Of a stretch of DNA of 63,970 bases, positions 49,793 to 57,619 are shown piece by piece. The position numbers and the translations under genes were made by a program. The stretch spans positions 1 through 63,970 of IMG/VR virus record IMGVR_UViG_3300013108_000662; one strand, given 5' to 3'. Origin of the DNA: a virus (lineage: Duplodnaviria > Caudoviricetes). The notes under the pieces were generated by a model. That model was not told the DNA's origin. It searched no databases and was given only the letters and a program-made list of their open reading frames with translations. Each line of letters opens with the position of its first letter. Position 1 is the stretch's first letter.

Positions 49793-51112
49793 TCACAAGT
49801 TTTGTGCGGCGAAGGTGGCGACTCTAGACCTCTCTCCCTTATGTAGGGTAATGTGTGAAGCTAGCTCAAAATCCTTGAACTTTTCAACAGCATGAGTTAA
49901 TCCGTTAGTAGTAGCGTCAATGTAAACATTGTCAATCTGTTCTACGTCACCAGTCAGTACAATCTTTGTTCCTTCACCTACTCTCGTTATTATAGTCTTT
50001 AATTCGTGTGTTGTCAAGTTTTGTGCTTCATCAATAATAATAAAAGCGTTTGCTATTGACCGCCCACGAATGTAAGTGAGAGCTTCTATCTCTATTGTAC
50101 CCTTTTGCATGTAAATGTCAAGGGTTACTTTGTCATTTCCCATTAAAGTTTGCAGATTGTCCTGAATTGGCATCAACCAGGGGGACATTTTCTCCTCCAT
50201 AGTTCCGGGCAGGAAGCCAATGTCCTTTCCGAGGGGCTGTACGGGTCGTGAGACGATTATGCGGGAATACTTCTGTTGCACCTCGTCTATGGTCTGTTCA
50301 AGCCCTGCAGCGATGGCACAGATCGTCTTACCACTTCCTGCTTTACCGATGGCCGTGATGACCTCGATAGACGGGTCCATGAGAGCGTCTATCAAAAAGT
50401 GTTGCTCTTTGTTGCGCGGCTTGATTCCCCACACCGTTTTCTTATTGTGCATGAGTTGCCTCAGAGGTACCGAGGGGCTGATGAAGCGTGCAAGGGCTGT
50501 CTTCTTCTCGTTGGCGCTTGAAACCAACATCACATATTGATTAGCATGGAGCTTGTGTTCTTCGAGGTACACCTCTTCTTTAGCATAAAATTGATCAACC
50601 AACTGGTCATCTACTAAAATGGTAGCATAGCCCGTATAAATGCTTTCGCTGTTATCAACAATCTGATTATTCTGAAAGTCCTCGGAGGTTAGACCCACTG
50701 CATCCGCAATAACACGCATGTTGATATCACGCGAGACGAGAATAACCTTTCGTGGAGACTCTCGGTGCTCTCGCAATGCTGTCGCGATGATCAGGTGATC
50801 GGGGACACTAAGGTTAAGGTCCTCTGGGAGGTCCTGACGCTTGATTCCTTGCCCGCTGACTGCGCGGACGATGCCCAGACCCTTACGGATGCGCACACCG
50901 GTCTCCAGGGAGCCCTGAGAGCGCAGGTCGTCCCAGATACGAATAATCTTTCGTGCCTGCGCTCCGACGGCATCCTGACGCTTCTTATGGTTGTCTATTT
51001 CCTCAAATACCTTGAGAGGAACATGAATATCGTGATTTTTAAATGCATATATTGCATCTGCATTGGTAAGATAGACACTGGTGTCTAGGACGTATGTTTT
51101 CTTGCGGCTCAT
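49793..51112 (-). CDS. phoH: PIN-PhoH fusion protein (YlaK-type PhoH family, 439 aa)
   Basis: PIN YVLDTSV..EEID..DHLII..VSRDINMR. Walker A GKAGSGKT, IGFLPG, YIRGRS, IIDEAQN, GDVEQID. Confidence 0.92.
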   Translation of the reverse strand: MSRKKTYVLDTSVYLTNADAIYAFKNHDIHVPLKVFEEIDNHKKRQDAVGAQARKIIRIWDDLRSQGSLETGVRIRKGLGIVRAVSGQGIKRQDLPEDLNLSVPDHLIIATALREHRESPRKVILVSRDINMRVIADAVGLTSEDFQNNQIVDNSESIYTGYATILVDDQLVDQFYAKEEVYLEEHKLHANQYVMLVSSANEKKTALARFISPSVPLRQLMHNKKTVWGIKPRNKEQHFLIDALMDPSIEVITAIGKAGSGKTICAIAAGLEQTIDEVQQKYSRIIVSRPVQPLGKDIGFLPGTMEEKMSPWLMPIQDNLQTLMGNDKVTLDIYMQKGTIEIEALTYIRGRSIANAFIIIDEAQNLTTHELKTIITRVGEGTKIVLTGDVEQIDNVYIDATTNGLTHAVEKFKDFELASHITLHKGERSRVATFAAQNL

Positions 51113-51167
51113 ATAAACCTTTCAGTTCTATTGTAACTAGAGCTGAGTTTAGTAATGTTACTTTTTG

Positions 51168-51677
51168 TTAGCTGTCGCAAGTACTGGACACCACCTCTAC
51201 TGAGTCAGGTTGCAGGTCATCTCCATCCAAAGTAGATTGAGAGACCATACCAGTCGATTCTACGAGAGTGGAGGAAGACTGGATCTTCCCACCTCCCACG
51301 GCCCAGAGAAGCTTGATGCCTAGGCGATCGCATACATCCATTTCTGGGGTGTTATCAGTTTTTCGGTCTCCACCATTGGCAAAATAGTCTGGATTCATAC
51401 GCTCCAGAGCCTCACAAACAGTGTTGTCTGTATCATCTACGTGAGTAGTGGTGGCAACGCACCCAAACCCTTCAATAATCTCGCAGCGCTCCTCAAAAGG
51501 CATAAAAATATACCCCTTCTTTCTCATGAGCCATTCATCCGAATTAACAATCACTATGACTTTACCGAACTTAGCTGCTTCTTGCATCATTCGCAAGTGT
51601 CCTACATGGACCGGATCAAAGCCACCCGAGACGCAGACTGTGGTGTAAGGGGTGGGGGTTGCTTTTTCTTCACTCAT
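51168..51677 (-). CDS. Cytidylyltransferase-like (HIGH) nucleotidyltransferase (TagD/RibL-like)
   Basis: VSGGFDPVHVGH, VNSDEWLMRKKG, FANGGDR, KIQSSS. Start trimmed to MSEEK because the longer ORF runs into tRNA-Asn. Confidence 0.85.
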   Translation of the reverse strand: MSEEKATPTPYTTVCVSGGFDPVHVGHLRMMQEAAKFGKVIVIVNSDEWLMRKKGYIFMPFEERCEIIEGFGCVATTTHVDDTDNTVCEALERMNPDYFANGGDRKTDNTPEMDVCDRLGIKLLWAVGGGKIQSSSTLVESTGMVSQSTLDGDDLQPDSVEVVSSTCDS

Positions 51678-51703
51678 TTCGAACCTCTTTCCTAAGGTAA
51701 TGT

Positions 51704-51780
51704 TGGCTGCGGCGGTTGGATTCGAACCAACGACCCTCCGATTAACAGTCGGACGCATCTACCAGCTGAGCTACGCCGCA
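51704..51780 (-). tRNA. tRNA-Asn (GTT)
   Basis: TGCGGCG/CGCCGCA acceptor, anticodon arm TCCGA-CTGTTAA-TCGGA, GTTCGAATC, encoded CCA. Confidence 0.93.
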
Positions 51781-51824
51781 CCATTACTAATTATACAGCA
51801 TTCTTCTTATTTTTACATCAAATA

Positions 51825-51913
51825 TGGCAGAGGGAGCGGGATTTGAACCCGCGGTGGCTACAAACCACACAGCCTTTCCAAGACTGCACCATAAACCGCT
51901 CGGACATCCCTCT
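51825..51913 (-). tRNA. tRNA-Ser (GGA)
   Basis: AGAGGGA/TCCCTCT acceptor, CAGTC-TTGGAAA-GGCTG, long variable arm, G discriminator, CCA. Confidence 0.92.
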
Positions 51914-51920
51914 TGATTGT

Positions 51921-51995
51921 TGGAGCGGGTGATCAGATTCGAACTGACGACATTCGCGTTGGCAACGCGATGCTCTACCACTGAGCTACACCCGC
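51921..51995 (-). tRNA. tRNA-Gly (GCC)
   Basis: GCGGGTG/CACCCGC acceptor, TCGCG-TTGCCAA-CGCGA, U discriminator, CCA. Confidence 0.95.
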
Positions 51996-52345
51996 TAATA
52001 CTCTTTCTTTACTGCTAACTGTTTTTCTACTAATAGTTCGTTGATATTCTCGTCTTTGAGGTATATTACACCAATATAACGCCCATATTTACCTTTTTTA
52101 TCTTTTTGTGTCTGAATAATGACCTCTTTGTCTAGAATAAGGTCTCTAAGGAAATCTCTGGTCTTTAATCCTTCGGGTCTGCTCTTTCCGCGGACCTCTG
52201 GCGCATTAATCCCGGCTAATCTAACTTTTATAGTTGTTTTGATCTTGAATCCTAAATCAACTAAAGCTGTGACCGTATCCCCATCATAGACCTTTACGAT
52301 CAGGGCATTGTAACAGTAGGGCTTTATATCCATAGCGCCATACAC
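51995..52345 (-). CDS. Thermonuclease (SNase-like) family protein
   Basis: KVYDGDTV, VRLAGINAPE, GKYGRYIG, NINELLV. True start may be 52333. Confidence 0.88.
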   Translation of the reverse strand: MYGAMDIKPYCYNALIVKVYDGDTVTALVDLGFKIKTTIKVRLAGINAPEVRGKSRPEGLKTRDFLRDLILDKEVIIQTQKDKKGKYGRYIGVIYLKDENINELLVEKQLAVKKEY

Positions 52346-53106
52346 TGGAGTGAGCCGCCGGATTTGAGGAACTCAGATGTATCCAACAGATGAACATCAA
52401 ACCCACGTTCTGTTAGCAAGAATTTTAGTCCTTCATTGCCTGCGGGCATAAGTATATGATCTTTAAATACAATGGAGTTACAAGCAAACCTGTTGGCTTC
52501 TTCTTCCGAAACTGCGAGAAGTTCTATATCTTTTACTTTGTTGATAGTGTGCTTGCTGAACGCGCCAGGATAATAGATAGCAAAATCTTCTCTCAGTAGC
52601 GAAAAGCAGGTATCCAAGTGATAGAAATTAGGGTTTTTAAGTTTCAGAGGAAGAAGATCCAGCTCAAGGATCTCAGCAGCCCGACGGATAGCCTTAAGAT
52701 CCGATCGGAACCCATAACCTGCAATCATCTGATTATTCGTTACGATAGTGTCTCCGCAGCCTTCAAAGTTCATCTCCTCAGGCAAGACAAAAGTTTCATA
52801 TCCCTTTTCATCAAACCACTGCTTGAAGACTTGGCGCTCCATTTTGCGCTCAACATGCTTGAAGTTACTTAATACTACCTTGTTATTATGAACAGTTCCT
52901 GCATTGGCTGTAAATACCATGTCCGGCAGGAGTGGCCACTGCCCTATGAGTTTTGTTTTGGCACCTAGAAACTCTAGAGTATTCTTCATATTGAACCACT
53001 GCTTCATAACGAGTTCGCTATTTACAGGTTCGCCCTTCATCCAGGGGTTAATAGAGTAGGTGACATCAAAGTGGATAGGGGGACAAAGTAAGACAGTATT
53101 GTTCAT
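52324..53106 (-). CDS. Amidinotransferase/DDAH (pentein) family protein, arginine dihydrolase-like (260 aa)
   Basis: LLCPPIHFDVTYSINPWM, PDMVFTANAG, FEGCGD, FYHLDTCF, EFLKSGGSLQCM (catalytic Cys). Confidence 0.88.
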   Translation of the reverse strand: MNNTVLLCPPIHFDVTYSINPWMKGEPVNSELVMKQWFNMKNTLEFLGAKTKLIGQWPLLPDMVFTANAGTVHNNKVVLSNFKHVERKMERQVFKQWFDEKGYETFVLPEEMNFEGCGDTIVTNNQMIAGYGFRSDLKAIRRAAEILELDLLPLKLKNPNFYHLDTCFSLLREDFAIYYPGAFSKHTINKVKDIELLAVSEEEANRFACNSIVFKDHILMPAGNEGLKFLLTERGFDVHLLDTSEFLKSGGSLQCMALWI

Positions 53107-53134
53107 ACTTTATATAGTAGGTGAGAAGAGTAAA

Positions 53135-53211
53135 TGGTCGGAGTGGTAGGATTCGAACCTACGACTTTCGCGTCCCAAACGCGACGGACTGCCAGACTGT
53201 CCTACACTCCG
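53135..53211 (-). tRNA. tRNA-Pro (TGG)
   Basis: CGGAGTG/CACTCCG acceptor, TCGCG-TTTGGGA-CGCGA, CCA. Confidence 0.93.
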
Positions 53212-53214
53212 ATA

Positions 53215-53292
53215 TGGTGGGCAATGAGGGACTCGAACCCCCGACTTCCTCCGTGTAAAGGAGGCACTCTAAACCAACTGAGTTAATTGCCC
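53215..53292 (-). tRNA. tRNA-Val (TAC)
   Basis: GGGCAAT/ATTGCCC acceptor, CCTCC-TTTACAC-GGAGG, CCA. Confidence 0.94.
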
Positions 53293-53297
53293 GAAAA

Positions 53298-53373
53298 TGG
53301 TGGAGGTGATAGGGATCGAACCTACGACATCCAGCTTGCAAAGCTAGCGCTCTCCCAACTGAGCTACACCCCC
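53298..53373 (-). tRNA. tRNA-Ala (TGC)
   Basis: GGGGGTG/CACCTCC acceptor with G3:U70, CTAGC-TTTGCAA-GCTGG, CCA. Confidence 0.95.
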
Positions 53374-53380
53374 ATTATTT

Positions 53381-54057
<677 letters not shown>

Positions 54058-54061
<4 letters not shown>

Positions 54062-54330
54062 TTTAGTTTAGGATCCAGAAGATCTGCATAGGGGTCTTTA
54101 TCAGCCTCTATATCAGCATGTGTTAAGACATGCGTAGGATAAGTAACTACCACGTAGAGATCATGAAACATCATAGGGGCAAGCTGGCGAATATAAGATG
54201 AATCTTCCTTACAAAGACAATCTATATAAAGAGTCATCCCAAGAGTCCCAGGTTGGATATCGTACATGGCGTCTGCGCCCCATTCAAGGGCGGCTTCTAA
54301 GATAATGTTATCTCTTTCTAAGGGGGTCAC
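54058..54330 (-). CDS. Hypothetical protein (90 aa)
   Basis: Tightly packed ORF with overlaps at both ends. Confidence 0.55.
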
Positions 54331-54518
54331 TAATTTTTCTTTCGTCTAGTTTTCTTATGGAGCTTTTCAAATAATAGCTTTTTCCATAAGGTTCCTTCTA
54401 TCTCTTCTTTGGACATTCCCAGCGAATAAAGTCCCGCCAAGATTAATCTTATCTCCCGGTTAGAGAGATACACTGTCTTTAAAAAGGCTGGAAGCTTCTT
54501 TTCTTTCTCGTCGGACAT
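54330..54518 (-). CDS. Hypothetical basic protein (62 aa)
   Basis: Preceded by an ACTATTTATTAGG motif and a purine-rich leader. Confidence 0.55.
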   Translation of the reverse strand: MSDEKEKKLPAFLKTVYLSNREIRLILAGLYSLGMSKEEIEGTLWKKLLFEKLHKKTRRKKN

Positions 54519-54539
54519 ATCAACTGGTCCCTTTCTATT

Positions 54540-54552
54540 CCTAATAAATAGT
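54540..54552 (-). promoter_or_regulatory. Putative phage late promoter ACTATTTATTAGG (identical copy at 57636-57648)
   Basis: Exact 13-nt repeat about 20 nt upstream of two different start codons. Core CTAnTTA recurs upstream of many genes. Confidence 0.5.
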
Positions 54553-54559
54553 GATGCGT

Positions 54560-54790
54560 CTACGTATTCCCCTCTTTCCAGAGGAACATTGCTTCAATTG
54601 GCCAATAGACTGTCTTCCCAGTATCCAATACTTGTATTTTACATACTGTGATGGATTTGTCAAGTACCAGACCCACGAATCGCGATGGAAGGGGTGAGGA
54701 TTCCGAGCGCGCCGGATCTAAACAGATTACGATATCCCCTATCGTTGGGCAGATCTTAGACCGAGAGTGTCCCAACCGCCCATTTCCCAT
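54560..54790 (-). CDS. Hypothetical small SH3/KOW-like protein (start uncertain)
   Basis: IGDIVIC...VGLVL...CKIQVL..GKTVYW pattern common in phage small beta-barrel proteins. Confidence 0.45.
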   Translation of the reverse strand: MGNGRLGHSRSKICPTIGDIVICLDPARSESSPLPSRFVGLVLDKSITVCKIQVLDTGKTVYWPIEAMFLWKEGNT

Positions 54791-55323
54791 TTTTGATTCA
54801 TCACGTGATTTATTCGGTTAAAGTGTAAGAAACCCAGGGCATGTCCCAATTCATGTTCTAATACTGTTTCTCGTACGTCGGGACGCATATGAATGGCGGC
54901 CCAGCTAATCTTGCCCGTGAGGTTATCAACGAAAAAGCGGGTCTGTGCGAGCGCTTCTGGGTCTAAGCGGGTTTCTTTAGCTACTAGATGAATTACAATG
55001 TACCCCCAAGGTCTTTCGGATGTGCATGCTCCTTCGGGATCATCCTTATATCTAACCTTTTTGAATGTATATCCTAGATTTTGCCAGAATTTGACGGCAC
55101 TTTTAATCTGTATTTCACTTACGGGCGCATGTTCGCACACAAGCACCACTGGAGGGCGTGACCACATTGCGACCTGCGGAGGAACATTATTTACAGCTGG
55201 AACTCTCGGATAGTTAGCGATGGTCTCGGATGCATCCACTGGCTCCACTAAACTCACAATGGAATATGTCATTAGAGCAAAATATAAAACCACCGAAACT
55301 AAAAAACGGACTGTATCAGACAT
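54739..55323 (-). CDS. Matrixin (M10)-like zinc metalloprotease with N-terminal membrane anchor (194 aa)
   Basis: VLEHELGHALGFLH (HExxHxxGxxH) followed by Met-turn HVMN. Hydrophobic N-terminus. Confidence 0.82.
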   Translation of the reverse strand: MSDTVRFLVSVVLYFALMTYSIVSLVEPVDASETIANYPRVPAVNNVPPQVAMWSRPPVVLVCEHAPVSEIQIKSAVKFWQNLGYTFKKVRYKDDPEGACTSERPWGYIVIHLVAKETRLDPEALAQTRFFVDNLTGKISWAAIHMRPDVRETVLEHELGHALGFLHFNRINHVMNQKWEMGGWDTLGLRSAQR

Positions 55324-55330
55324 ACTATAT

Positions 55331-55852
55331 TTAGTTTACATCAAGCGTTTTGTAATAAACTCTTCCTTCAACTCGTTGAGATACTTCGGGTTTTGGGATA
55401 AATAATGTTAAAACCTTACCTAGATCATCTTCTGGGCGCCAAATAAGCTGCAGGATCCCCATATCCTCAGACCACAACCAATCAAACTCATTACCTAGCT
55501 TTGTTTCATAAGAATCTATGCATGCATATGTATTGGTAGTTAAGGCTGCTACTGACATGTCATGAAGTGCATAGCCACTATTCAGCACAACATTTGTGCC
55601 ACAGATAGAAAAGAAATACTCTCCTACCAGGTCTTCCAGGATCGCTAAACTTACATACCCTGATATTAGTTCTGTTTCTAGTGTTTCGGTACAGTTAAAA
55701 ACAGCCGATGATGTAGACTCAGGATCAGCCCACCAGCATGACATGAGCGCATATAGCTCTCCATATTCTTCTTCTCTAACGTCTTCAGGGGTGAGAGGGA
55801 TGGCGCATGCTGTTAAAATTATTAATATTATTAAAGTAAATAATTTATACAT
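55331..55852 (-). CDS. Putative lipoprotein (173 aa)
   Basis: MYK + hydrophobic stretch + LTAC lipobox. Confidence 0.65.
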   Translation of the reverse strand: MYKLFTLIILIILTACAIPLTPEDVREEEYGELYALMSCWWADPESTSSAVFNCTETLETELISGYVSLAILEDLVGEYFFSICGTNVVLNSGYALHDMSVAALTTNTYACIDSYETKLGNEFDWLWSEDMGILQLIWRPEDDLGKVLTLFIPKPEVSQRVEGRVYYKTLDVN

Positions 55853-55943
55853 GCTGTTATAACTAGCAATATAATTAATATTATTAAGAAGATACAGAAG
55901 ATTGCAGTGGTGGCTTCTTTAAGATAAACTAGCATTCAATATT

Positions 55944-55972
55944 ATAATATATATTATATTTGTAGGTGTCAA
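55944..55972 (-). promoter_or_regulatory. Sigma70-type promoter TTGACA-N17-TATTAT
   Basis: Perfect -35 at 55972-55967, 17-nt spacer, 5/6 -10 at 55949-55944, in an AT-rich intergenic region upstream of the lipoprotein gene. Confidence 0.7.
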
Positions 55973-55987
55973 GTAAAAAGTATATTT

Positions 55988-56299
55988 TTATTCACAACAG
56001 TCGTGTTTATCTTGATTATCTTCCCTATTGGATAGTTTAACCCACAGACCCCAGAGGATCGGAATTGCTAACCAATGAAAACACAAGATAAGAGATGCGG
56101 GGATTCCAGCATAGAAAGCTGGATGTACATAGTTCCCCAAGGCGCCAAAGATAATCGGAAATACAACGTCCTCGACAATCTCCCACCCAACAAATATGAT
56201 AACAAAAGCTAATCCATTTTTCCTCAGGAAGGCTCTTAACCTCTCTTTGGAGAAGTTGGCCAACTTGTGAGAGATTCTAGATTTTAACCATGTAATCAT
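55988..56299 (-). CDS. Small membrane protein (103 aa)
   Basis: Two hydrophobic segments. Starts 8 nt after the CCA of the upstream RNA. Confidence 0.65.
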   Translation of the reverse strand: MITWLKSRISHKLANFSKERLRAFLRKNGLAFVIIFVGWEIVEDVVFPIIFGALGNYVHPAFYAGIPASLILCFHWLAIPILWGLWVKLSNREDNQDKHDCCE

Positions 56300-56307
56300 A
56301 AGTTTTT

Positions 56308-56389
56308 TGGTGGAGGTGCACGGAGTCGAACCGTGGTCCTGAGAATACCCTTGCAGGTCTTAATCCCAGTCGAAACCCAAACCACCCCC
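56308..56389 (-). ncRNA. Mini-tmRNA: tmRNA tRNA-like domain only, lacking the mRNA-like domain (82 nt)
   Basis: Minus strand reads GGGGGTG GTTTGGGTTTCGAC TGGGATTAAG ACCT-GCAA-GGGT ATTCTCA GGAC CACGG-TTCGACT-CCGTG CACCTCC ACCA. It has an Ala acceptor with G3:U70, an unpaired tmRNA-type D-loop ending GGnTTCGAC, helix 2a (CTGGGA/TCTCAG), GGAC linker and T-arm. Confidence 0.8.
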
Positions 56390-56423
56390 ATTTGGATGTT
56401 GACATAAGTAAATATATCAGTTA

Positions 56424-56774
56424 TTATAGATCATCACTAAAGGAATCTCTAATCTTATACTTATTCTTCAATTTATTAAACTGTAAATCTGTAATACCTA
56501 ATATTCTAGTGCATTCTTTATTACTGTTTCCAATGCTAATGACAGCATTGTATAGAGCTTCTTTAACAACTTCTACTGTGATTGACCAAAGGTTAAAACC
56601 ATACAATCTTCCAGCAGTTAGCCGGCTTGAGCACTCTAGTTTAAGGGCTAATAGTTCTTCCAGGGTCAAGGATGAGAGCATTATTTCAAATGCTTCATTA
56701 GACTTACCTTCTTTTCTCAGCTTGTTAGAGAAGGAAATATTTCTACTAAACCCCTCAGTACGGGATTTTGTCAT
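56424..56774 (-). CDS. Protein with C-terminal Fis-type helix-turn-helix (116 aa)
   Basis: VKEALYNAVISIGNSNKECTRILGITDLQFNKLKNKYKI resembles the Fis/HTH_8 pattern. Confidence 0.55.
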   Translation of the reverse strand: MTKSRTEGFSRNISFSNKLRKEGKSNEAFEIMLSSLTLEELLALKLECSSRLTAGRLYGFNLWSITVEVVKEALYNAVISIGNSNKECTRILGITDLQFNKLKNKYKIRDSFSDDL

Positions 56775-56780
56775 AGGGTT

Positions 56781-57617
56781 CTACAGGAGATGTTCTATAA
56801 TATCATCAATGTCCAAGAACTTTAAAACCTCTTGGAGTTCAAAGGCCGGCATATCAGTTTCTGCATCAACACCATTCTCTGGTTCATCTGCTACAGCATC
56901 GGCTGCAACTGCAGGCTCTGGGACGTTAGTTTGCAGCTCACCTTCAAATTTCTCAAAATATAGAGCCAAGTTCTTCATGAGATACTCTTCAAACATTGCA
57001 GTATCTTCTGGGTTATCCAGATCATCAAAGGCTCTTAGGATTACTTTCTCGATGTCTCCGAAGTCTGTGAAGGCTCTATTGCGACCAGTTTTATCTTCAC
57101 CTTCAATTCCAAATTCGTCTTTTTCATCCACTTCGACTTCTTCAACTTCTTCATCATCAACGTTGATAAAGTCTGGGTCGTCTTCCGGACGATCGCCGAC
57201 GTCAATGTCGATCTCTTCGTCAATTTCTTCTGTGATTTCCGCATCTTCTCCGGCTTCCTTACGAGACTCTTCTGGAGCCAGAGAGTTTTTAACGGCGTTC
57301 AGGATGTGGTTCTTGTATGACTCACGCTGCTGCAAGTCGGTAGTGAGAGATTTGTATCCGGTCTGGAGTACTGAGAGTACATTAGTATTCTTCAGGAGAT
57401 CTTCAAGGGCATTGATGCCCGTGCTATCATGTTTGGCCACAGAGGCAACAGCTGCTTGGCTTTCAGAGAGCATAGAACGTACTACAGCTCGTAGTCGCTC
57501 TTCGTTTTTGTGCTCAACAAGCTTACTTTTATTACGCCGGCGCAATACAGCTGTAATGGCTTTCCGTACGTTCTCACGAAGGATTAATTCTTCTGCAAAT
57601 TCTTTACGATCAATCAT
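56781..57617 (-). CDS. Acidic hypothetical protein, possible head-internal/scaffold-type protein (278 aa)
   Basis: Very Glu/Asp-rich. LRENVRKAI and EERLRAVVRSMLSE helices. Late-promoter-like motif upstream. Confidence 0.65.
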   Translation of the reverse strand: MIDRKEFAEELILRENVRKAITAVLRRRNKSKLVEHKNEERLRAVVRSMLSESQAAVASVAKHDSTGINALEDLLKNTNVLSVLQTGYKSLTTDLQQRESYKNHILNAVKNSLAPEESRKEAGEDAEITEEIDEEIDIDVGDRPEDDPDFINVDDEEVEEVEVDEKDEFGIEGEDKTGRNRAFTDFGDIEKVILRAFDDLDNPEDTAMFEEYLMKNLALYFEKFEGELQTNVPEPAVAADAVADEPENGVDAETDMPAFELQEVLKFLDIDDIIEHLL

Positions 57618-57619
57618 CT

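Noticed and set aside
47900-49800. CRISPR array near the Cas4-like gene
   Set aside because: No regularly spaced direct repeats were seen here or elsewhere in the window by eye.
51787-51981. 64-aa ORF, also 53159-53341 and the N-terminal extension 51678-51758
   Set aside because: These are translations of tRNA genes.
56308-56389. Reading the element as an ordinary or pseudo tRNA-Ala(TGC), because CCTGCAA occurs in the hairpin
   Set aside because: There is no D-stem and no 5-bp stem with a 7-nt anticodon loop. The D-loop and GGAC linker match tmRNA, and a normal tRNA-Ala already exists at 53298-53373.
55988-56774. Two-piece (circularly permuted) tmRNA
   Set aside because: The 5' and 3' acceptor halves are in standard order and joined by a closed hairpin. 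The flanks are occupied by ORFs and I see no separate tag-coding piece. A piece outside the window cannot be excluded.
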